Assembly (NCBI GenBank): GCA_040752415.1
Contig: JBFMGU010000023.1
Span: 349-64,348 of the forward strand
DNA length: 64,000 bases
From: Myxococcota bacterium
GTDB lineage: Bacteria; Myxococcota; JACRCW01
Direction of reading: 5' to 3'
Every line of letters begins with the position of its first letter. Within the stretch, counting starts at the first letter, position 1. The position numbers and the translations under genes were made by a program. The notes below the pieces were generated by a model, which saw nothing but the letters and a program-made list of their open reading frames with translations, was not told where the DNA came from and ran no database searches. Below, in pieces: positions 41,184-49,727 of this stretch.

Positions 41184-42385
41184 GCGAGAACCGCAGTCGC
41201 GCCGCCCGCGTGGTGGCCGAGGCCACGCCGCACTACCTGGAAGCGCGTCGACGTGGGCTGATGCACGTGACGCTGGAGAAGCGCGACGGCAAACGCGTGA
41301 CGCTCCCGGGCGGACGCACTGTCACGGAGTTCATCAACTGCTCCTACCTGGGACTGGACACGCATCCCGGCGTGGTGCGCGCTGCGCAGAAAGTGGTGGA
41401 GGACTGGGGCGTGCACTTCTGCTGCGCGCGCAGCCGTTTCTCCATTGGTCCCAACCGTGAGCTCGAGGAGGCGTTGGGGAGCTGGATGGGCGGGCGCGCC
41501 ATCACGTTCCCGTCGGTGACGGCGACGCATCTCAGTGTGATGCCACTCCTGGCGTCGGGCGCGCTGTATGGCGACGGACAGCCCATGCGCCTGGTGTTCG
41601 ACCGCTTCGCGCACGCGTCCATGGCGTCGTTGAAGGCGATGCTGCGTGAGCACGCGCGCGTGGAGACCATTGAACACAACGACCTGGATGCGCTGGAAAC
41701 GCAGATGCAGGACGCGCGCTCCGTCGGGGAGAGGCCGGTCTACATCGCGGACAGCGTGTACAGCATGGGCGGGCGGTGTCCGCTGACGGAGGTCCTCTCG
41801 CTGGCCCAGCGCTACGACGCGCGCCTGTATCTCGACGACGCACACGGCACCTCGATCTTCGGTCCGCAGGGTCAGGGCCCGGTGTTCGAGGCGCTGGGTG
41901 GGAAGATCCCGGAGCACGTGGTCTTCACGTACTCACTGTCCAAGGGTTTCGGCACCAACGGCGGCGGGGTGCTCCTCCCGACGAGGGCGCAGGAAGACGT
42001 GGTGCGCCTGTTCGGGCAGACCTACGCGTTCAGCGCCTCGCTGGATTTCTCGATCATCGCCGCGGCGCAGGCGTCCCTCGCGCTTCACGTCGACGGGACG
42101 GTGGAACGGTTGCAGCGCACGCTGCGTGAACGGGTGGCCTTGTTTGATTCGCTGGTGCCCGGACGCCAGGAGGGGTTCAGCCCCATCCGCATGGTGCGTA
42201 TGCGCACCCCGGAGCACGCCCTCGACGTGGCGGAGCGGTTGATCGGGCTCGGGTACTTCGTGACGGTGGCCATGTTCCCCGTGGTCCCACGTGACGCTCC
42301 GCAGCTCCGCCTCTGTCTTTCCGTGGGACACTCGGAAGGCGACATCCGCGGGCTGGTTGCCGCGCTGAAGGAAGCCGGTGCATGA
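41180..42385 (+). CDS. PLP-dependent alpha-oxoamine synthase family enzyme (8-amino-7-oxononanoate synthase / serine palmitoyltransferase-like)
   Basis: FINCSYLGL...DDAHGTSIFG...FTYSLSKGFGTNGGGV, the PLP-lysine motif of the AONS family. ATG at 41180 overlaps the previous stop (ATGA). Confidence 0.85.
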   Translation: MSENRSRAARVVAEATPHYLEARRRGLMHVTLEKRDGKRVTLPGGRTVTEFINCSYLGLDTHPGVVRAAQKVVEDWGVHFCCARSRFSIGPNRELEEALGSWMGGRAITFPSVTATHLSVMPLLASGALYGDGQPMRLVFDRFAHASMASLKAMLREHARVETIEHNDLDALETQMQDARSVGERPVYIADSVYSMGGRCPLTEVLSLAQRYDARLYLDDAHGTSIFGPQGQGPVFEALGGKIPEHVVFTYSLSKGFGTNGGGVLLPTRAQEDVVRLFGQTYAFSASLDFSIIAAAQASLALHVDGTVERLQRTLRERVALFDSLVPGRQEGFSPIRMVRMRTPEHALDVAERLIGLGYFVTVAMFPVVPRDAPQLRLCLSVGHSEGDIRGLVAALKEAGA

Positions 42386-43635
42386 CCACGCTGCGCAACG
42401 TCGTCACGCGTTCCGCGGCGGCCATTGTTGACGCGCTGGAGAACGCGCGCACCCAGCACCAACTTGGCGGGCTGCCCATGCTTGCCGCGCCCGTGGTGGT
42501 CCCACGCCAGGAGCGCACCCGACTGGCGCGGATTGCCGAGCTGTTGCGCACCGCGTTGCTCCGACTGCGTGGCGACGATCCCTGGCCCGGTGACGTCCCA
42601 CGCCCACCCCACTTTGACGACCTGCTCTCGTCGGAGCCGCGCAACCTTCCTCCGCTTGGCGCATGCCGCTTTGACGCCCTCTACGATCCCGCGAGCGGCG
42701 CCCTGTCCTTCGTCGAGGTGCAGGCGGGAGATCCTTCGGGTGCGCCGTGGGTGGACGGCATTGTCGCGGCGCTCTCGTCGGTGCACGTGCTGGAACCCTG
42801 GATGAAGCACGCGGATCACCTGATCCCGGCGCACCTGCGTCACGTCCAGCGCACCTATCGCGAAGTGTGGCGCGGCCAGGATGACCCTCTCGTCGCGTTC
42901 ATCAACGAGGACGGCAGCTTCGTCCGCAGCGACCACGAGCTGTGGGCCCACCTGTTCCGTCGTCACGGAGTGCGCGCCGTCTGTGCGGATCCCCGCGCGT
43001 TCACCTGGGACGGCGCTCACGCGCACCTCGACGGGCACACGGTGGACCTGGTGATCCGCGACTCCCACGACGAGCTCACCATCTCCCCCGGTCCCGACGC
43101 CACCCGCCCCTTACGCTCCGCGCTGCAGGCCGGTCTGCCGCGGTTCAATCCGTTCGCGGACGTCTGGTTCGACGACAAGACCTGCTTCGTGGACCTGTGG
43201 CACCACGCGGACCGCTTTCCCGCCGAGGAGCGCGAGCTCATCCGACGACACATTCCCCGCACGGAGCGTGTGACGCCGGACCTCACGGAGTACCTGCGCC
43301 AACACCGGGAAGACTGGGTGCTGAAGCCCGCCGATGGTTACGGCGGCTTTGGCATCGTGGTGGGCCGTGACGTCGACGATTCGCGCTGGAGCGCGGCCCT
43401 GGAGGAGGCACTGCGCAAGCGCACGGTGGCGCAGTTCTACGTGGACGTGCCGCGCGTGGCGGTGGCGCGAACCCGGGCTCACGACGTGGAATGGCGCGAC
43501 CAGCACCTCACGGTGAGCCTGTGGTGCCACGGCGGGGAGTTCTCAGGCGCCTACGCGCGCGCGGGGGACGGCAAGGTGGTGAACGTGCACCAGGGCGGCG
43601 GAATCGGCCCCGTGGTCTTCACCGACGAGTGGTGA
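42382..43635 (+). CDS. Glutathionylspermidine-synthase-like / circularly permuted ATP-grasp family ligase (paralog 2)
   Basis: SFVEVQAGDPSGAP and EDWVLKPADGYGGFGIVVG ... VVNVHQGGGIGPV motifs. ATG overlaps the upstream stop (ATGA). 417 aa. Confidence 0.65.
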   Translation: MTTLRNVVTRSAAAIVDALENARTQHQLGGLPMLAAPVVVPRQERTRLARIAELLRTALLRLRGDDPWPGDVPRPPHFDDLLSSEPRNLPPLGACRFDALYDPASGALSFVEVQAGDPSGAPWVDGIVAALSSVHVLEPWMKHADHLIPAHLRHVQRTYREVWRGQDDPLVAFINEDGSFVRSDHELWAHLFRRHGVRAVCADPRAFTWDGAHAHLDGHTVDLVIRDSHDELTISPGPDATRPLRSALQAGLPRFNPFADVWFDDKTCFVDLWHHADRFPAEERELIRRHIPRTERVTPDLTEYLRQHREDWVLKPADGYGGFGIVVGRDVDDSRWSAALEEALRKRTVAQFYVDVPRVAVARTRAHDVEWRDQHLTVSLWCHGGEFSGAYARAGDGKVVNVHQGGGIGPVVFTDEW

Positions 43636-45387
43636 TCACTCCGCGCCCATCCACGCCTTGCGCAGCTCCACCTGCTCGGCGGGAGCGTTCTCACGACGCT
43701 TGAGGTACGCACAGGTCTGCGGCGCGGGCGCCAACGTCACCGTCGCGGTGCGCAGCTCATCACGACGGAAGAAGTGCACCTCCTTGGCCTCACCCGGCTT
43801 CATCTCCTCCAGGCGCGCCATGAAGTTCCCGTCGGCAACCCGCCAGCCACCGAGCGCCACCAGCTGATCTCCCGGCCCCACGCCCGCCGTCGCCGCCGGA
43901 CCACCCGGGTGCACGTTCTGCACGGTGCCGTCGCGCTTGATGGCTGCGCCGAAGAACGGCCGGGAGGCACCGTTGCCCTTGCCGGGGGTACCGCCTTTGT
44001 CGTCGGCGCCTTCGGGCGCGCGCGTGAGATACTCCAGCCCGACGGAAGCAAGGTGCTCGGCCAGCGGCAGCTCCTCACGCGAACGCACCGTCAGGTCAAA
44101 GAACGACTTCAGCGAGCGACCGGCAACCTCCGCCGCCGCGGCTTCCACCTCGCCCTCCTCGAGCCCCTCGCCGCGGTCCTGCGTCCACTTCCACAGGAGG
44201 CGCATGACGTCGTCAAGAGACTTCTTCCCGCTGCTCTCCTTGCGCAGCAGCAGGTCCAGGCACAACGCCACCAGCTCACCCTTCAGGTAGTAGCTGATGG
44301 TGCTGTTCACGGTGTGCTCGTCCTGCCGGTAGTACTTCACCCACGCATCCAGCGACGACTCCTCGAGGCTGTGCGCCTTGCGCCCCGGCGTCTGGTTGAG
44401 CTGCGTGCTGAGCTCACCAAGCACGGTGAGGTAGCGGTCCGCCGTCATCAACCCCGCGCGACGCGTGTTGAGGTTGTCGTAGTAGCTGGTGAAGCCTTCC
44501 ATGGCCCACAGCAGCCTCGTCGGGTTTTCGCGCGTGTAGTCGTAGGGGCTGAACGCCTTGGGCTTGATGCGCTTGACGTTCCAGAGATGGAAGTGCTCGT
44601 GCGTCACCAGCGTGAGGAAGCTCTCGTATTCCTTCTCAGGACGGAACGCGAAGCGGGGATAGAGCAGCGCCGTGGAGTCGCGGTGCTCCAGGCCGCCGCG
44701 GCCGCTGTCGGTGAGATGCGTGATGAACAGGTAGCGCTGGTAGGGCAGCCCGCCGAACACCTGCGCGTTCTGCTCGACGAGCTTCGGCAGATCCGCCACC
44801 AGCTTCTGCTCGTCCTCGTTGCCGCGGTTCCACAGCACCAGCTCATGCGGAATGCCGCGCACGGAGAATGACAGCGTGCGGTGCGTCCCCATCTCCACGG
44901 GACAGTCCACGAGGTGATGGAAATCCTCCGCCTCGAACTGGTTCTCCGACGTGGAAGGCAACGTGGTGGCCACCTTCCATCCCGCGGGCGGATGGATGGA
45001 CAGCGTGCAGCGACGTGCCTCCGCGCCCTCCGGCACCATGAACAGGGACACGCCGTTGAAGAAGCCGTGCGTGTTGTCCAGGTGCGCGGTGCGCACGGTC
45101 AGCTCATGCGCGTAGACGCGGTAGCTGACGGTGAGGTCGCCGTTGGCGTCGGAACGCAGCTCCCACTGGTGCGGGGAGACCTTGGTGGCGGTGACGTTGC
45201 CGCCCGCGCGCGTGGCCTGCAGTCCCTCCACGTGTCGACCGTGCTCACGCAGCAGGTAGCTCCCCGGCGTCCAGCGCGGGAAGTTGAGTCGCACCACGGA
45301 GGGCGCGTCCTTCAGCAGGAGCGTGACGTGGAAGAGGTGGGAGTTGGGGTCCGGGACGTGGACGCTGTACGCAAGCGGTGCGGGCAT
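43636..45387 (-). CDS. M61 family glycyl aminopeptidase with a C-terminal PDZ domain
   Basis: HEHFHLWN (HExxH) with downstream Glu, plus a PDZ-like C-terminus (…HPGGPAATAGVGPGDQLVALGG…). The stop abuts the stop of the upstream + operon with 0-bp spacing. Confidence 0.85.
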   Translation of the reverse strand: MPAPLAYSVHVPDPNSHLFHVTLLLKDAPSVVRLNFPRWTPGSYLLREHGRHVEGLQATRAGGNVTATKVSPHQWELRSDANGDLTVSYRVYAHELTVRTAHLDNTHGFFNGVSLFMVPEGAEARRCTLSIHPPAGWKVATTLPSTSENQFEAEDFHHLVDCPVEMGTHRTLSFSVRGIPHELVLWNRGNEDEQKLVADLPKLVEQNAQVFGGLPYQRYLFITHLTDSGRGGLEHRDSTALLYPRFAFRPEKEYESFLTLVTHEHFHLWNVKRIKPKAFSPYDYTRENPTRLLWAMEGFTSYYDNLNTRRAGLMTADRYLTVLGELSTQLNQTPGRKAHSLEESSLDAWVKYYRQDEHTVNSTISYYLKGELVALCLDLLLRKESSGKKSLDDVMRLLWKWTQDRGEGLEEGEVEAAAAEVAGRSLKSFFDLTVRSREELPLAEHLASVGLEYLTRAPEGADDKGGTPGKGNGASRPFFGAAIKRDGTVQNVHPGGPAATAGVGPGDQLVALGGWRVADGNFMARLEEMKPGEAKEVHFFRRDELRTATVTLAPAPQTCAYLKRRENAPAEQVELRKAWMGAE

Positions 45388-45456
45388 GGTGCGCTCATAG
45401 GCCGTGCGCGGCCGGAGGCAAGCTTAGTGGGAGGCTTGAGGGAATTGGCAAGGTGC

Positions 45457-46746
45457 TCACGCCGGCTTCACGGGCTGCTTCACCGACGTGGCAATGAACG
45501 CGCTGAGCAGGAGGATGAGGCCACCGGCAAGGTACGGCGCCTGGTAGCCCAGCTGCTCGAAGAGGATTCCACCGAAGACCGGCCCCATGGCCCGCGCCAA
45601 CGCCGCCAGCGACTGCCCGAGGCCAAGCGTGCCGCCCTGCTCGGTGGGATCCGCACTCTGGGAGAGCAGGCTGCTCATCGACGGATTCACGAGCCCATTG
45701 GCGCTGCTCATGAGGAGCACCACCGGGAACGTCATGGCGTAGCTCGGCGCAAAGGGCAGCAGCGCGAACGCCAACGCGTTGCACGCGAGCCCGGTGATGA
45801 GCAGCTTCCGCTCACCGAAGCGTCGCGCCAGCTTGCCAATGAGCCCGCCCTGGATGATCGCGGAGATCACACCCACGAGGACGAGGAAGAGCCCGGTGAG
45901 CTTGGATGCTTCCGCCGCCGCCGCGGGGGTTCCCGGCGTGGCCGCCACAAAGCGCCGCTCGACGAGAAGCCCGAAGGTGGCCTCCATCTTGGACCACCCC
46001 AGCAGCACCACGAAATACAGCGCGAGCAACACGCCCACGTTGGGCCGCTGGCTGGCGCGCTTGAGCGCATCCAGGGACAACCGTCGTCGTGACGTGGGCG
46101 CGGGGTGCGTCCCCTTCTTGAGGCTCTCCGGGAGCACCACCAACGCGAACACGAAGTCGACGAGCGCGAGCCCCCCCGCCACGAAGGCCGGCAGCGACGC
46201 GTGATTGAACAGCGCGTTCGGATCACCGCCGCTGAGGTGCTCCCCCAACGACGCGGCGGCCGCGCCCACACCGGGCCCGATGATGAACCCGAAGCCGAAT
46301 GCCATGCCGAGGAGGCCCATGCCCTTGGCGCGGTTCTCGGGCGTGGTGACGTCGGCAATGTAGGCCTGCGCGGTGGGAATGTTGGCGTTGCCAATGCCGG
46401 AGAGGATGCGACACGCGAACAGGAGCGCCAGGCTGTTCACCAGGCCCAGCAGCCCGTAGCCCACCGCGCTCATCAACACGCTGACCAGGATCACCGGGCG
46501 TCGACCAATGCGGTCGGAGAGCCGCCCCCACGCCGGCGCGAACACGAACTGCATCAACGAGTACGACGCCCCCAGCGCCGTCACGACGGTGGGCGTGGCG
46601 CCGAACTGCTCCGCGTAGAACGGGAGGATGGGGATGATGATCCCGAAGCCCAGCAGGTCCAGGAACACCGTGAAGAAGATGACGAACAGCGGGCTGCGTC
46701 CGACGGGAGCAGCACCCGGGGCAGACTTCGTTTCGGTCGCGACCAC
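45457..46746 (-). CDS. MFS transporter (Tet/TCR-like, 12 TM)
   Basis: …SPLFVIFFTVFLDLLGFGIIIPILPFYA…GRLSDRIGRRPV… MFS motif A. Start assigned to a GTG near 46746; the track ORF 45457..46953 has an Arg-rich 5' extension. Confidence 0.8.
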   Translation of the reverse strand: MVATETKSAPGAAPVGRSPLFVIFFTVFLDLLGFGIIIPILPFYAEQFGATPTVVTALGASYSLMQFVFAPAWGRLSDRIGRRPVILVSVLMSAVGYGLLGLVNSLALLFACRILSGIGNANIPTAQAYIADVTTPENRAKGMGLLGMAFGFGFIIGPGVGAAAASLGEHLSGGDPNALFNHASLPAFVAGGLALVDFVFALVVLPESLKKGTHPAPTSRRRLSLDALKRASQRPNVGVLLALYFVVLLGWSKMEATFGLLVERRFVAATPGTPAAAAEASKLTGLFLVLVGVISAIIQGGLIGKLARRFGERKLLITGLACNALAFALLPFAPSYAMTFPVVLLMSSANGLVNPSMSSLLSQSADPTEQGGTLGLGQSLAALARAMGPVFGGILFEQLGYQAPYLAGGLILLLSAFIATSVKQPVKPA

Positions 46747-47010
46747 GACGGGAAGGTAGACCAGAGCAGGGGTGGCCAGCGCAAGCACGCGCCGCGACGG
46801 TCCGGTCGCCGTTCGTCGACGAGAGGCCGGATGCGCGCGGCATCGTCCCGACGTCGACGCGAGCCCGTCGGCCCTCACCCCACCGTTCCCGTTCGCGCGT
46901 CGAGGCCAGCGTTGCGGCGACGGATGCGGCGAATCCGCGTTGGTTCTCCGCAAGAGGTGCGGATAATCGGTTGAGGTTTCTCCGCCCCCGGGGAATATTC
47001 ACCGCACACC

Positions 47011-48126
47011 ATGCGGAGAAGCGGCTACATCTGGGACCTGGACACTTGGCCGACCTTCCGATGGGAGGCCGCGTCCTTGTTGGAGCCTCTTGCGGAAGCG
47101 CGCCATCTGCAGGGGCGTCTGCTGGGCCGCATGTCCGAGCTGGGATTCGACCTCCAGCGTGAGGCCCACGTCCAGGCCCTGACGACGGAAGCCGTGAAGA
47201 CCTCCGAGATCGAGGGTGAGCACCTGAACGTGGAGAGCGTGCGCTCGTCGCTGGCGCGGAGGCTGGGCGTTCCCTGGGCGGGCTCCGAGGTGGTGGACCG
47301 CAAGGTGGAAGGCGTCGTGGAGATGATGCTCGACGCCACCAGCAACTTCGCCGCCCCGCTGACCGCGCGCCGGCTGTTCGGCTGGCATGCCGCGCTGTTC
47401 CCGACGGGATACTCCGGGATGCACCGGATCATCGTCGGTGGCTGGCGTGATGATCGGGAAGGTCCGATGCGCGTGGTGTCCGGGCCGCTGGGCCATCAAC
47501 GCGTGCACTACGAAGCACCACCCGCCACGCGCCTCGACGAGGAAATCAACCGGTTCCTGGAGTGGTTCAACGCGCCCATGGTGGGCGACGGTGTGCTCCG
47601 CAGCGGAATCGCGCACCTGTGGTTCCTGACCATTCATCCCTTTGAGGACGGAAACGGACGCATCGCGCGTGCGATTGCCGACCAGGCGCTCGCCCAATGC
47701 GAGGGTGCCGCCAACAGGTTCTACAGCGTCTCACGGCAGATCAACGCGGAGCGCAAGACCTACTACGACGTGCTCGAGCGCACCCAGCAGGGCGACGGCG
47801 ACATCACCGCGTGGCTGCAGTGGTACCTCGCGTGCTTCTCCCGCGCCCTGACCAGCGCGGACGTGGTGGCGGGTCAGGTCTTGCGCAAGGCTTCGTTCTG
47901 GAAGCGTCACGCGGACAAATCCATCACCGAGCGGCAGCGAAGGGTGCTCAACCGCTTCCTCGACGGATTCGAAGGCAAGCTCACGGCAAGAAAGTGGGCC
48001 GCGTTGGGGAAATGTTCCGTCGACACCGCGCAAAGGGACATCCAGGCGCTGCTGGAGCTGGACATGCTCCGCAGACTCCCAGGCGGCAGCAAGAACACCG
48101 CCTATGAGCCGGCATGGGAGACCTGA
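47011..48126 (+). CDS. Fic/DOC family protein
   Basis: HPFEDGNGRIARA (the Fic HPFx[DE]GNGR motif) plus a C-terminal winged-helix-like region. Confidence 0.9.
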   Translation: MRRSGYIWDLDTWPTFRWEAASLLEPLAEARHLQGRLLGRMSELGFDLQREAHVQALTTEAVKTSEIEGEHLNVESVRSSLARRLGVPWAGSEVVDRKVEGVVEMMLDATSNFAAPLTARRLFGWHAALFPTGYSGMHRIIVGGWRDDREGPMRVVSGPLGHQRVHYEAPPATRLDEEINRFLEWFNAPMVGDGVLRSGIAHLWFLTIHPFEDGNGRIARAIADQALAQCEGAANRFYSVSRQINAERKTYYDVLERTQQGDGDITAWLQWYLACFSRALTSADVVAGQVLRKASFWKRHADKSITERQRRVLNRFLDGFEGKLTARKWAALGKCSVDTAQRDIQALLELDMLRRLPGGSKNTAYEPAWET

Positions 48127-48215
48127 GGCCTCGCTCACGACGTGAAAGCTCACGCCTCCGGCGCGTTCTGCGAAGCAGCCTCCGCGGGCTTCCCGCCCCT
48201 CTCCACGGGCTCCTT

Positions 48216-49148
48216 CTACTCCTTCTTCTCCGGGATCACCGCGCTCGCCACAATCGAGGCCACCAGCACCGAGACAATCACTCCCAGGCTCGCCGCCGGC
48301 GGGATGTGGATGTCCCAGATGCCCAGCAGCATCTTCACGCCCACGAACGAGAGCACGATTCCCAAACCCGTCTTGAGGAAGCGGAACAGGCCCACCCACC
48401 GCGCCAGCAGGAAGTACAGGCTGCGCAGGCCCATGATCGCGAAGATGTTCGACGTGAACACCACGAACGGGTCCGCGGTGATGGCAAAGATCGCCGGGAT
48501 GGAGTCCAGCGCGAAGATCACGTCGGAGAACTCCACCGCCAGCAGGCAGATGAACAACGGCGTGGCCATGCGCCGGCCGTTCTCCTCGACGAAGAACTTC
48601 ATTCCGTGCATCTGGCTCGTGGTGGGGATGATCTTCTGCGCCAGGCGCACCATGGCGTTCTGCTCCGGGTGCTCCTCCTCCTCGGCTTCCTTGGTGAACA
48701 GGATCTTGAGGCCGGTGAAGAGCAGGAACGCGCCAAACAGGTACAGCACCGCGTGGAAACGCTGCACCAGGGCGGCGCCGGCCAGGATCATGGTGATGCG
48801 CAGGATGAGCGCGCCCATGACGCCCCAGAAGAGCACGCGGTGCTGCAGCTCCTGCGGGATGCGGAAGGCGCTGAAGATGATGACGAAGACGAAGATGTTG
48901 TCGACGGAGAGCGAGTACTCGATGACCCAGCCGGTGAGGAACTCCAGCCCGATCTTGGCGCCGAACTTCAGCCACATGCCCGCGCCAAAACACAGCGCCA
49001 GGCTGACCCAGATGGCGGTGGTGCGCAGGGCCTGACGGGCGCCAATGACCTGCTGGCCCCGGTGCATGATGCCCAGGTCCAACGCCACCATCACCAGGAC
49101 AAACGCCAGGAAGCCGACCCACAGCGCAGGGGAGCCAACGGATTCCAT
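48216..49148 (-). CDS. TerC family integral membrane protein
   Basis: Multi-TM, with …EYSLSVDNIFVFVIIF… and …EFSDVIFALDSIPAIFAIT…, the paired TerC motifs. Confidence 0.9.
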   Translation of the reverse strand: MESVGSPALWVGFLAFVLVMVALDLGIMHRGQQVIGARQALRTTAIWVSLALCFGAGMWLKFGAKIGLEFLTGWVIEYSLSVDNIFVFVIIFSAFRIPQELQHRVLFWGVMGALILRITMILAGAALVQRFHAVLYLFGAFLLFTGLKILFTKEAEEEEHPEQNAMVRLAQKIIPTTSQMHGMKFFVEENGRRMATPLFICLLAVEFSDVIFALDSIPAIFAITADPFVVFTSNIFAIMGLRSLYFLLARWVGLFRFLKTGLGIVLSFVGVKMLLGIWDIHIPPAASLGVIVSVLVASIVASAVIPEKKE

Positions 49149-49250
49149 GTCCTCTCCAGGCCCCGGCCTCGTGGGCGGCGGGGCGGGAGCGCTCTAGCGG
49201 AGTGTGGAGGTGTTGCGCCACCACGCTCGGGCACCAGGTGGCGCGGGCGG

Positions 49251-49580
49251 TCAATCCGCGGCTGCGCGTTCCTCGGCCTCGGAGTCGCCGGATTCCGCCT
49301 GGGCCTCGTCCTCAAGGTCCAGCGCGTCGGAGGCAAAACGGGCGGCCACGGTCTCGGCCTGCAGCGCGCTGAGGATCACGTGGTCGCTGTCGGTGATCAC
49401 AATGGAGCGGGTCCGGCGCCCCTGCGTGGCATCCACGAGCTTCCCTGCGCTCTTGGCCTGGTCCTTGAGGCGCTTCATGGGCGCGGAGGCGGGCGAGACA
49501 ATGGCCACCACCCGGCCCTTGGGGACCACGTTTCCAAACCCCAGGTTCAACAGGGATAGCGACGAGATACCGTTCTTCAC
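49251..49580 (-). CDS. RemA-like (DUF370) small regulatory protein
   Basis: [73 protein letters not shown] closely parallels B. subtilis RemA. GTG start proposed at 49580. It is the only credible part of the 918-aa minus ORF 49251..52007. Confidence 0.7.
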   Translation of the reverse strand: MKNGISSLSLLNLGFGNVVPKGRVVAIVSPASAPMKRLKDQAKSAGKLVDATQGRRTRSIVITDSDHVILSALQAETVAARFASDALDLEDEAQAESGDSEAEERAAAD

Positions 49581-49727
49581 GCCCCCGGACGCTAGGTCGC
49601 CGGGCGCGCGCGGGCAAACTTCTGCACCAACCCGCCCCAGGCCGCGCCACAGCCCCTTGACGCGGTCCGTCCGTGGGTCGGATGCGCTCCGGCGCCAGGT
49701 GGCGTTAGGCTTCCTGCCCACGCTGCC

